Of a stretch of 64,000 nucleotides of DNA, positions 55,674-64,000 are shown one piece after another. Each line of letters starts with the position of its first letter. The stretch's first letter is position 1. Both the position numbers and the translations under genes were made by a program. This DNA comes from an uncultured Odoribacter sp. Lineage in GTDB: Bacteria; Bacteroidota; Bacteroidia; Bacteroidales; Marinifilaceae. The DNA lies in contig CAJUQA010000014.1 in the NCBI GenBank assembly GCA_910588375.1, positions 4,524 to 68,523 on the forward strand. The letters are read 5' to 3'. The notes under the pieces were generated by a model that worked only from the letters and a program-made list of their open reading frames with translations, did not search any database and was not told where the DNA came from.

Positions 55674-58600
55674 ATGGTTGAATTTCTGATCAAAAGACCG
55701 ATCGCCGTCACCATGTCGCTGATAGCCGTATTGGTGTTGGGGATATTGGCAATCAATCTGCTTCCGGTATCCCTGATGCCGGAAGTCAAAATACCGCAAG
55801 TGACCGTACAGGTGACCGCCGAAAACCTGTCAGCACGCGAACTGGATGCCACCATTGTCAAGCCGTTACGCAACCAGCTCACACAATTGAGCCATTTGAC
55901 GGACATCCGCACGGAAACCCGCGACGGACGGGGCAATATTTTTATGGAATTTGAACACGGTTCGGACATCGACTTTATCTTCATTGAAGTAAATGAAAAA
56001 ATAGACCGTACCAACCTGCCCCGCGACATCGAGCGTCCCCGCACCATCAAAGCCAATGCCACCGACATCCCGGCGTTTTACATGAATCTTACCCTCAAAG
56101 AAAGCACCGGCGATATACGGGAATTTATCGAACTCAGCAAATTCGGTCTGGCGGTAATCTCCAAAAGGATTGAGCAGATACCGGAAGTAGCGATGGTGGA
56201 CATCAGCGGACAAACACTGTCGGAATTGCTTATCATTCCCGACTATTTCAAATTGAAGTCTTTAGGACTCCAGCCTTCCGACCTGGAAGAAGCTATCAAA
56301 AACAATAACATCAACCTGGGCAATCTTACCATCCGGGACGGGGAATACCAATACAATATCCGTTTTTCCTCGACACTCACCAACAAACGGGATATTGAAA
56401 ACGTCTACTGCAAAGTCAACGACCGGCTTTACCAACTGAAAGAACTGGCCACGGTCAAGGAGGAAGCGCAGAAACAGACGGGCTCCGTACTTTCTGACGG
56501 TAAACCGGCTCTGACCCTGGCTATCATCAAGCAAGCCGATGCCCGCATGTCCGATTTGAAAGAAGAAATAACGAAACTGACAGAGGTATTCCGCAAAGAC
56601 TATCCACATATCGATTTTGTCATGACACGGGATCAAACCGCCTTGTTGGATTATTCCATCGATAACCTGACACAGAATCTGCTGGCGGGTATCTTCCTGG
56701 CCTGTTTCATCATCTTTTTTTTCATGCAGGATTTCCGGTCTCCCCTACTGATTACCATCACCATCCCCATTGCGCTGATTATTTCCATGCTGTTCATGTA
56801 TATGGCAGGCATCTCCATCAACATTATCTCCCTGTCGGGTATTGTACTCGGCGTGGGTATGATGGTTGACAATTCCATCATCGTCATCGACAATATCACA
56901 CAACACTGGGACAAAGGAGAACCGCTCCAGATTGCGGCAGTACGGGGAACAAACGAAGTATTTACCCCCATGCTCAGTTCCGTGTTGACAACCTGCGCGG
57001 TATTCATTCCCCTGATTTTCATGAGCGGCATCTCAGGTGCCTTATTCTACGACCAGGCAATGGCGGTAACCATTGGTCTGTTATCCTCCCTGGCCGTTGC
57101 CATCCTGATTATCCCCGTATATTATTACCTGATATACAGAAAAAACAACACCCGGCAGCAAAATAAATTCTTTGCCCGTTTCCAACTGATCAATTACGAA
57201 GCCGTATACGAAAGAGGGTTGAAATGGATATTCCGACACCAACTGACAGCCTGGTGTATTTTCGGAGGCATGATTATATGCAGTTGTCTGATTTATTCGG
57301 TAATTGAAAAAAGGAAACTCCCCCCGATTACCCAAAACGACCTTTTACTGAATATCGAATGGAACCAGAAAATCAATGCCGCCGAAAATGAAAAAAGAAC
57401 AGACCGATTGGTGCACCATTTGCGGGGGTTGCTTTCCCAAAATACAATCATGGCGGGCACACAGAAATTCCTGCTCTCCCATACCAAAGAAAACTCCATC
57501 ACAGAAGCAACCGTTTACCTGAAAACCATTCATCCGGACAGCGTACAACCTCTATTGCAACGCATCGACGGATTCATGAAAAAGCAATATCCCCGTGCGG
57601 TCTATTACACGGAAAGTTCCGGCAACATCTTCGACATGATTTTCGCGGAAAGAGAACCGTCGTTGGTGGCCCGCATCCGGAGCATTGACGGCAAATCCCC
57701 CGACCCGGACAAACTGAATAAACTACTGACCACCATCCGGAAACAGCTCCCCGGCTATTACATCGAACCGGTAGCCTGGCAGGAAGTGGTGCAGCTCCGC
57801 ACTTCTCCGGAACTCATGACGCTGTATAACGTGGATTACACCACGCTTTTCTACAAACTGAAAAGTGCGTTCAATGAAAACCGGATTTTCAATCTGAACG
57901 AGGGAGAATACTCCGTGCCCATCATTTTAGGGGATGAAGAACACACCCTGCAAGACCTCCTGCAAAACAACTCCGTACGGAATAAAGATGAAGTGGAAAT
58001 CCCTCTGAATACGTTAGTCCGGGAAAGCCGGGTCAACGACCTGAAAAACCTTATCTCGGGACCGGAAGGCGAATTCTATCCCCTCAATTTGGAGGTGGCG
58101 GACAAAGAAATCAACAGAGTAACGGACAAAATATCCGCCATCGTGGCCGACAATGCCGACTTTGAGGTCAGCTACAGCGGCAGTTACTATTCCAACCGCG
58201 CCCTCATCAAAGAACTTTCGGTCATTCTGGCGGTGTCCCTGCTACTGCTCTATTTCATCCTGGCTGCCCAATTCGAATCGTTGATTCAACCCTTTGTCAT
58301 CCTGTCGGAAATCGCGGTTGACCTTTTCGGAGCCTTGTTCCTGTTGTGGATTTGCGGGTCAAGTATCAACATCATGTCGATGATCGGTATCATTGTCATG
58401 TGCGGTATCGTTATCAACGATTCCATCCTGAAAGTGGATACCATCAACCAGTTGCGCCGCTCAGGCTACCATTTGAAAAGAGCTATCATGATGGCTGGCA
58501 ACCGGCGGCTGAAACCCATTATCATGACGTCATTGACCACGATTTTAGCCATCGCTCCGTTCCTGTTCACCGGCAATCTGGGAGCGGACCTGCAATTTCC

Positions 58601-58715
58601 TTTGTCACTGGCCATTATCGGAGGCATGAGCGTCGGCACCATCGTGAGTGTATATTTCATCCCGTTAGCTTATTACTACATATACCGGAAAAAAGAAAAG
58701 TCTGCAAACTTATGA
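55674..58715 (+). CDS. RND efflux permease subunit 1 (AcrB/MdtB-like)
   Basis: 1013 aa. FLIKRPIAVTMSLIAVLVLG start, TM4 GVGMMVDNSIIVIDN, 12-TM architecture. Confidence 0.85.
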   Translation: MVEFLIKRPIAVTMSLIAVLVLGILAINLLPVSLMPEVKIPQVTVQVTAENLSARELDATIVKPLRNQLTQLSHLTDIRTETRDGRGNIFMEFEHGSDIDFIFIEVNEKIDRTNLPRDIERPRTIKANATDIPAFYMNLTLKESTGDIREFIELSKFGLAVISKRIEQIPEVAMVDISGQTLSELLIIPDYFKLKSLGLQPSDLEEAIKNNNINLGNLTIRDGEYQYNIRFSSTLTNKRDIENVYCKVNDRLYQLKELATVKEEAQKQTGSVLSDGKPALTLAIIKQADARMSDLKEEITKLTEVFRKDYPHIDFVMTRDQTALLDYSIDNLTQNLLAGIFLACFIIFFFMQDFRSPLLITITIPIALIISMLFMYMAGISINIISLSGIVLGVGMMVDNSIIVIDNITQHWDKGEPLQIAAVRGTNEVFTPMLSSVLTTCAVFIPLIFMSGISGALFYDQAMAVTIGLLSSLAVAILIIPVYYYLIYRKNNTRQQNKFFARFQLINYEAVYERGLKWIFRHQLTAWCIFGGMIICSCLIYSVIEKRKLPPITQNDLLLNIEWNQKINAAENEKRTDRLVHHLRGLLSQNTIMAGTQKFLLSHTKENSITEATVYLKTIHPDSVQPLLQRIDGFMKKQYPRAVYYTESSGNIFDMIFAEREPSLVARIRSIDGKSPDPDKLNKLLTTIRKQLPGYYIEPVAWQEVVQLRTSPELMTLYNVDYTTLFYKLKSAFNENRIFNLNEGEYSVPIILGDEEHTLQDLLQNNSVRNKDEVEIPLNTLVRESRVNDLKNLISGPEGEFYPLNLEVADKEINRVTDKISAIVADNADFEVSYSGSYYSNRALIKELSVILAVSLLLLYFILAAQFESLIQPFVILSEIAVDLFGALFLLWICGSSINIMSMIGIIVMCGIVINDSILKVDTINQLRRSGYHLKRAIMMAGNRRLKPIIMTSLTTILAIAPFLFTGNLGADLQFPLSLAIIGGMSVGTIVSVYFIPLAYYYIYRKKEKSANL

Positions 58716-61700
58716 ACGAAACAGGCGCAAATAAACGGGGATTCTCCCAGTTTTCCATCATTCTGACCATGGTGGCTCTTATGGTGGTGGGCATCAGTAT
58801 GATTCCCATGCTGAACATCCGGTATACGCCTTCACTCAAACAGCAAAACCTGACTCTCTCTTTCAACTGGTACGGAGCATCGGCACGGATTATCGAGCAG
58901 GAAGTGACCTCCAAAATAGAAGGGGTACTGGCCTCCGTCAGAGGCATTAAAGAGATGAACTCGGTGACAGGCAAAGGTTCCGGCCGCATCACCCTGTCCA
59001 TCAAAAAGAATGAAAACATCGACGCCATTCGGTTTGAAATAGCCACTCTCATCAAACAATTATATCCCCGCCTGCCGGAACAAGTCAGTTACCCCAACTT
59101 CTCCACCAACACTTCCGGAGAGGAACACCAGACCTTGATTTCCTACACACTGAACGCCCCCATTTCCACCTCCCGGATTCAGAAATACGCAGAGGAACAC
59201 ATCGTACCCGTCATCTCCCGGCTTGACGGTATCAACAGCGTGGAAGTATACGGCGCCACGCCCTACGAATGGGAAATCCGCTTTAACCCCAACAAATGTA
59301 GCGCATTAGGAATTACAGCCGGCAACATTGCCCAGGCCATCAATACCTACCACACCGAAAATATATTGGGTCTCACCACAGAACGAACCCTATCGGGCGA
59401 TACGTTACAAGTGCGTGTATTGCTGGCAAATACATCCAAAGACCTCTCCACATCCGACAGTCCGGCAAAGAAAAACGGCAATACCGTCAGCGGATACGAA
59501 ATTTGGGACAACATCCCCATTGCCAACAACCACGGGCGCATCATCTACCTGAAAGACATCGCCACCGTTCAATATAAAGAACAACTCCCGACCCATTATT
59601 ACCGCATCAACGGACTGAATAATATCAATCTCTCCGTCCTGGCGGAAAAACATATCAATACGCTGGAAGTCTCGGCACGCATCAAGGAGGAAATGAAAAA
59701 ACTGGAAGCGCATTTTCCCGAAAACTATTCCGTGATTATCGCCTACGACTCTTCCAAAGAGATACAGAAAGAACTTGACAAAATCTATGTCCGGACCATC
59801 ATGTCCACATTGATATTGTTATTATTTGTCTACGCCGTGAGCCGCAAACTCCGCTACCTGTTCCTTATCATTGTCACCCTGCTTGCCAATATATTGCTGG
59901 CGTTCATTTTCTATAATCTGTTCGGTCTGGAAATACACCTGTATTCAATGGCAGGCATTACCGTCTCGCTCGGACTGATTATCGACACCAGCATTATTAT
60001 GATAGACCACTATAGCTATTACCATAACCGAAAAGCCTTTTTAGCCATTTTCGCCGCCCTGCTGACAACCATCGGAGCCCTGACCATCGTGTTTTTTCTT
60101 CCGGAAAACCAGCGCAACAACCTGATTGATTTTTCATCCGTCATTATTATCAACCTCACGGTATCCCTGCTTATCGCCCTACTATTTATCCCCGCTTTGC
60201 TCGACAAACTCCCCATCCGTCCGAGAAGAGGTAAAAAACTCCTCAAATCCCGGCGACGGTTGGTCAGATTTACCCGTTCCTATGGCAAATTCATCACATT
60301 TTGCAGACGTCCGCGATACAAATGGATACTGATTACCCTCATTATACTGGCATTCGGTCTGCCCGTACACCTTCTTCCGGCCAAACTCAAAGACGAAAAA
60401 GACAACGAACGGAAAGGATTTTTTCCCGAATTGTACAACAAGACCATCGGAAGCAAATTTTACCAAAATACCCTCAAACCCTACCTGGAACCTGCATTGG
60501 GAGGAACATTACGTCTTTTTACGGAACACGTCTTCAACGGCAATTATTACAATGACCCGCAACGCACACGTCTCTATATCAGAGCCTCTATGCCGGAAGG
60601 CTGTACGGTACACCAACTGAACGAAGTGATGCTGAAAATGGAAAACTTCCTCAGCCAATACCAGGAAATCGAGACATATCAGACGTATGTGTACAATTAC
60701 GACAATTCCGGCATCACCATCACGTTCCGCCCCGACGCGGAAAACAGCAGTTTTCCCGTTATTCTGAAAGACATCCTCATAGCCAAAGCCAATGACCTCG
60801 GCGGCGCGGACTGGAGCATATACGGCATAGGACAGGGATTTTCCAACGCCCTGGGCTCGGGATACAAAAGCAACCAAATCCGGCTTTCCGGCTACAATTA
60901 TGACATGCTCTATTCCTTTGCCCGACAACTGTGTGACAGTCTGCAACTCAACAAGCGGGTATCCGCTCCCGAAATCATGGGTTCCGATAGCTGGAGGAGC
61001 AAAAATTCCACCGAATATTTTATCGATTTCAATTTTGAACGCTTTGCCCAACAGGAACTGCGTCCCAGCGATTACTACCATTTCCTGACCCAGCAACTCT
61101 ACCGCAATCCGCTCAATCCGGTCCTGATTGACAACCAGCAGGTCGCCGTTTCCCTGGTCTCATCGGAAAATAAAAACTTCGACGTATGGCACCTTGAAAA
61201 CGACATTATTACAATGAATGACAAATCGGTCAAATTAGCGGAATTGGGAAACATCGAAAAACGCCGCTCCGGCAACGATATATATAAAACCAACCAGGTC
61301 TATTCCCTGTTGGTTGCCTATGATTTCCTCGGTCCTTACGAACTGGCCAGACGAGTAATGGAACGCCATATCGACAAACTCAACAATCAATTGCCCCTGG
61401 GCTTCAAAGCAGAAAAAAACGGCTGGAACTGGGATTGGTCCACGCAAAAAAAACAATATGCCCTTCTCTTCTTGGTTATTGCCATCATCTACCTGGTATG
61501 TGCCATCCTTTTTGAATCATTGTGGCAACCTTTTGTGATCATCGTCATGATACCCATCTCTTTTATCGGGGTATTTCTGACTTTTTACCTCTTCAAATTC
61601 ACATTCGACCAGGGCGGCTTCGCCTCGTTCGTACTGCTGTGCGGTATTGTCGTCAATGCAGGCATTTACATCATCAACGAATACAACCTCACCTGCCAGG

Positions 61701-61945
61701 CCACCCGCAAACAAGGCTTAAAATACTATTTAAAATCATACAACCACAAAATCATCCCGATATTCCTGACCATCGTCTCCACCATTTTGGGATTGATTCC
61801 TTTCGTATACGAAGGCTCCAAAGAAGTATTCTGGTTCTCCTTTGCCGTAGGCGCCATGGGAGGCATGGTTTTCTCCATCGTCGCCCTGCTGCTCTACCTC
61901 CCGCTTTTCATGAAATTTAAAACCCGAAAATCAAACCCATTTTGA
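58712..61945 (+). CDS. RND efflux permease subunit 2 (divergent, MdtC-like partner)
   Basis: I use the start MNETGANKRGFSQFSIILTMVAL at 58712, an ATGA overlap with subunit 1. The track's 122 upstream codons lie out of frame inside subunit 1. TM4 is SLGLIIDTSIIMIDH. 1077 aa. Confidence 0.8.
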   Translation: MNETGANKRGFSQFSIILTMVALMVVGISMIPMLNIRYTPSLKQQNLTLSFNWYGASARIIEQEVTSKIEGVLASVRGIKEMNSVTGKGSGRITLSIKKNENIDAIRFEIATLIKQLYPRLPEQVSYPNFSTNTSGEEHQTLISYTLNAPISTSRIQKYAEEHIVPVISRLDGINSVEVYGATPYEWEIRFNPNKCSALGITAGNIAQAINTYHTENILGLTTERTLSGDTLQVRVLLANTSKDLSTSDSPAKKNGNTVSGYEIWDNIPIANNHGRIIYLKDIATVQYKEQLPTHYYRINGLNNINLSVLAEKHINTLEVSARIKEEMKKLEAHFPENYSVIIAYDSSKEIQKELDKIYVRTIMSTLILLLFVYAVSRKLRYLFLIIVTLLANILLAFIFYNLFGLEIHLYSMAGITVSLGLIIDTSIIMIDHYSYYHNRKAFLAIFAALLTTIGALTIVFFLPENQRNNLIDFSSVIIINLTVSLLIALLFIPALLDKLPIRPRRGKKLLKSRRRLVRFTRSYGKFITFCRRPRYKWILITLIILAFGLPVHLLPAKLKDEKDNERKGFFPELYNKTIGSKFYQNTLKPYLEPALGGTLRLFTEHVFNGNYYNDPQRTRLYIRASMPEGCTVHQLNEVMLKMENFLSQYQEIETYQTYVYNYDNSGITITFRPDAENSSFPVILKDILIAKANDLGGADWSIYGIGQGFSNALGSGYKSNQIRLSGYNYDMLYSFARQLCDSLQLNKRVSAPEIMGSDSWRSKNSTEYFIDFNFERFAQQELRPSDYYHFLTQQLYRNPLNPVLIDNQQVAVSLVSSENKNFDVWHLENDIITMNDKSVKLAELGNIEKRRSGNDIYKTNQVYSLLVAYDFLGPYELARRVMERHIDKLNNQLPLGFKAEKNGWNWDWSTQKKQYALLFLVIAIIYLVCAILFESLWQPFVIIVMIPISFIGVFLTFYLFKFTFDQGGFASFVLLCGIVVNAGIYIINEYNLTCQATRKQGLKYYLKSYNHKIIPIFLTIVSTILGLIPFVYEGSKEVFWFSFAVGAMGGMVFSIVALLLYLPLFMKFKTRKSNPF

Positions 61946-61997
61946 GTCCGTATATTTTCAGTTTTATTTTTTATCTTTGATTCCAAATAAAAAAAAT

Positions 61998-63104
61998 ATG
62001 TCGGAATGTATAGAACATCCGGAAAATTCTCCGGAATACGAAGGATTGAAAGTAAACAAGGGTATTGAACAGCCGGAGGCGATGAATCCGAATATCGCGG
62101 CGCGTTTGAAACTCATCAAGAAAAAAACGCTGACGACAGACGATTATGTCGAAGGCATTTTAAAAGGAGATATCAACATACTCAGTCAAGCGATTACCCT
62201 GGTCGAAAGTTCCAAAACAGAACACCAGCTGATAGCCCAGGAGGTTATCAAACGCTGTCTCCCCTCATCGGGTAATTCCGTACGGATTGGCATCACAGGC
62301 GTGCCGGGAGCCGGTAAAAGTACTTTTATCGAGAGTTTCGGGAAATACCTGACCGGACAGGGACATAAAATTGCCGTACTGGCAATCGACCCCAGCAGCG
62401 AACGCTCCAAAGGGAGCATTCTGGGAGACAAGACACGAATGGAGGAACTTTCCTGCGACCCGAAAGCCTATATCCGTCCTTCCCCTTCCGCCGGTTCACT
62501 GGGCGGTGTAGCCCGCAAAACACGGGAAGCCATGATTCTCTGTGAAGTGGCGGGATTCGACATCATCCTGATAGAAACGGTGGGCGTGGGACAAAGTGAA
62601 ACTGCCGTCCATTCGATGGTGGATTTCTTCCTATTGTTGCAAATTGCCGGAGCAGGCGATGAACTGCAAGGCATCAAACGCGGCATCATGGAAATGGCGG
62701 ACAGTATCATTATCAACAAAGCCGACGGCAACAACATACAACGGGCGGAACTGGCAAAAGCCCAATTGCAAACCGCCCTGCATTTCTTCCCGCCCCACGA
62801 ATCGGGTGTAACTCCCAAAGTCATGACCTGCTCGGCCTACGAACGAACCGGCATTGACGCCATTTGGGAAAATATCCTGCACTATTGCAGTGAAACCCAA
62901 CAAAACGGCTATTTTGACTGTCGGCGGAGAGAACAAGCCAAATACTGGATGTATGAAACCATCAACGAACAGCTGAAAAACCGTTTTTACCAACAAGAAA
63001 AGGAACAAATCAAACAGGCGGAAGAAAAAGTATTAAACAATGAATTGAGTTCCTTTACCGCCGCATTCGATTTGCTGGAAGATTATTTCAGCAAACAGGA
63101 TTAA
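61998..63104 (+). CDS. meaB: methylmalonyl-CoA mutase-associated G3E GTPase (MeaB/ArgK)
   Basis: P-loop GITGVPGAGKST, then LAIDPSS, ETVGVGQSE and NKADG motifs. I use the ATG at 61998, because the track start at 61977 is TTG. Confidence 0.85.
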   Translation: MSECIEHPENSPEYEGLKVNKGIEQPEAMNPNIAARLKLIKKKTLTTDDYVEGILKGDINILSQAITLVESSKTEHQLIAQEVIKRCLPSSGNSVRIGITGVPGAGKSTFIESFGKYLTGQGHKIAVLAIDPSSERSKGSILGDKTRMEELSCDPKAYIRPSPSAGSLGGVARKTREAMILCEVAGFDIILIETVGVGQSETAVHSMVDFFLLLQIAGAGDELQGIKRGIMEMADSIIINKADGNNIQRAELAKAQLQTALHFFPPHESGVTPKVMTCSAYERTGIDAIWENILHYCSETQQNGYFDCRRREQAKYWMYETINEQLKNRFYQQEKEQIKQAEEKVLNNELSSFTAAFDLLEDYFSKQD

Positions 63105-63537
63105 AGCCCGGAAAACCGGGAAGAAAAGAAAACGTGCGGTCTTCGTTCAGTCTGCCGCAATAATGTGCCACCCCGTTGGTAATCGCCACATACGGAGCCG
63201 CCATTACCAAATTATACCGGAATACCTGGTCAAAAACCACCTGGGACAATGCCACCGTCGGAGCCTTACACTCTACAATCAGATAAGGTTCCGACTGCCG
63301 GTCATAACAAACCACGTCAAAGCGTCTTTTCAAACCGTATAAATTAATCTCCTTCTCCACAGAAATCAACGCCCGGGGATAATGCTTTTCCTCCACCAGA
63401 TAATGAATCAAATGCTGACGCACCCATTCCTCCGGCGTCAATACCACATATTTTTTCCGGATGATGTCAAAAATCATCATCGTTCCGTCATGTTTCCGGA
63501 TTTGATAATCAAAGGGCGGAAAAGTAAGGTTTTGCAT
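63088..63537 (-). CDS. HsdR_N-domain (type I restriction enzyme R N-terminal-like, PD-(D/E)XK fold) small protein
   Basis: 149 aa. EEWVRQHLIHYLVEEKHYP...RFDVVCYD...YLIVECKAP is typical of stand-alone HsdR_N proteins. Its 3' end overlaps the meaB 3' end by 17 nt. Confidence 0.6.
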   Translation of the reverse strand: MQNLTFPPFDYQIRKHDGTMMIFDIIRKKYVVLTPEEWVRQHLIHYLVEEKHYPRALISVEKEINLYGLKRRFDVVCYDRQSEPYLIVECKAPTVALSQVVFDQVFRYNLVMAAPYVAITNGVAHYCGRLNEDRTFSFLPGFPGFNPVC

Positions 63538-63545
63538 AATAACGG

Positions 63546-64000
63546 TTACTTTTTATTTCTGATCCGGAGCAAACTGCTGTCTCCGTAACTCAGGAAACGG
63601 AAATCATGAGCCAAAGCATAGGCATACACTCTCTTCCAGTCCTCCCCGATAGCGGCAGCCACCAACAAAAGAAGCGTACTCTGAGGCTGATGGAAATTCG
63701 TAAACATTGCGTCAATCACCCGGTAACGATACCCCGGTAAAATAATGATTGTCGTAGAAGCCTTCAACCACTCCTCCCCGCTCCGCTCAAACCATCCCGC
63801 CAAAGCCTCCATCGCCTGTCCCAAAGTATAATGAGCGGGCAAATCATAACACTCCCACTGCTTCACACTGTTGAAATCCGTATATCCTTCCAAGAGCTTC
63901 ACCCCCATCCAGTAAAGACTTTCAAGCGTGCGTACGGATGTCGTCCCCACGGCTATCACCTCCGCTCTTTTGTCCCGCAAGGAAAGCACCAACTTCCTGG
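63546..64000 (-). CDS. queA: S-adenosylmethionine:tRNA ribosyltransferase-isomerase, C-terminal part (5' end outside window)
   Basis: VIAVGTTSVRTLES, TNFHQPQSTLLLLV and FLSYGDSSLL are QueA motifs. The frame stays open to the window edge. Confidence 0.8.
   Translation of the reverse strand, partial: RKLVLSLRDKRAEVIAVGTTSVRTLESLYWMGVKLLEGYTDFNSVKQWECYDLPAHYTLGQAMEALAGWFERSGEEWLKASTTIIILPGYRYRVIDAMFTNFHQPQSTLLLLVAAAIGEDWKRVYAYALAHDFRFLSYGDSSLLRIRNKK

Noticed and set aside
58346-58711. 122-codon N-terminal extension of the second RND permease ORF
   Set aside because: It lies inside the first permease gene in another frame and is His/Arg-rich. The ATG at 58712 gives a canonical RND N-terminus.
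1-64000. CRISPR arrays, rRNA genes, IS elements, toxin-antitoxin pairs, classical restriction-modification or other named defence systems
   Set aside because: None was recognised. The only restriction-related hit is a stand-alone HsdR_N-domain protein, which is common and not evidence of an R-M system.

Overview
The window looks like a Bacteroidales (Bacteroidota) chromosome segment. Evidence is a UpxY-type antiterminator, many lipobox lipoproteins, a TAnnTTTG -7 box and Bacteroidales-specific families. All family names are recalled from sequence motifs, and no HMM or BLAST search could be run. Layout: (1) 1-13.0 kb is a capsule/O-antigen-type polysaccharide locus in two convergent arms. The + arm holds a pyruvyl transferase, an EpsG polymerase, three glycosyltransferases, an epimerase and a WecA-like initiating transferase. 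The - arm is capD-upxY-wza-wzz. (2) 13.2-33.1 kb is housekeeping: rluB, lptF/G-family permease, tgt, DPP-IV, pepD, acyl-CoA ligase, nitroreductase, AddB-like nuclease, ClC channel, nnr and a POT peptide transporter. (3) tRNA-Gln(CUG) lies at 33225-33295. It is followed by an accessory cluster (33.65-48.26 kb, AT-rich from about 35.3 kb), which is the most interesting part of the window. The cluster encodes a transmembrane TPR/HTH regulator, a small DUF3244-like secreted protein and an NVEALA-type Cys/Tyr-rich peptide precursor followed by a perfect hairpin. It also encodes eight paralogous six-bladed beta-propeller lipoproteins, two thioredoxin-like(CxxC)+DUF1573 lipoproteins plus a 3' remnant of a third, and one orphan secreted protein. 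It shows an exact 1943-bp tandem duplication, a 626-bp block of perfect identity, a chimeric paralog and a recurring upstream motif. (4) 48.29-52.94 kb is a GC-rich, translationally coupled operon: S26 signal peptidase, O-antigen-ligase-like/TPR membrane protein and transglutaminase-like protein. (5) 53.0-61.9 kb is a TolC-adaptor-RND-RND efflux operon. (6) The window ends with meaB, an HsdR_N-domain protein and a partial queA. No CRISPR array, rRNA, transposase or integrase was seen.
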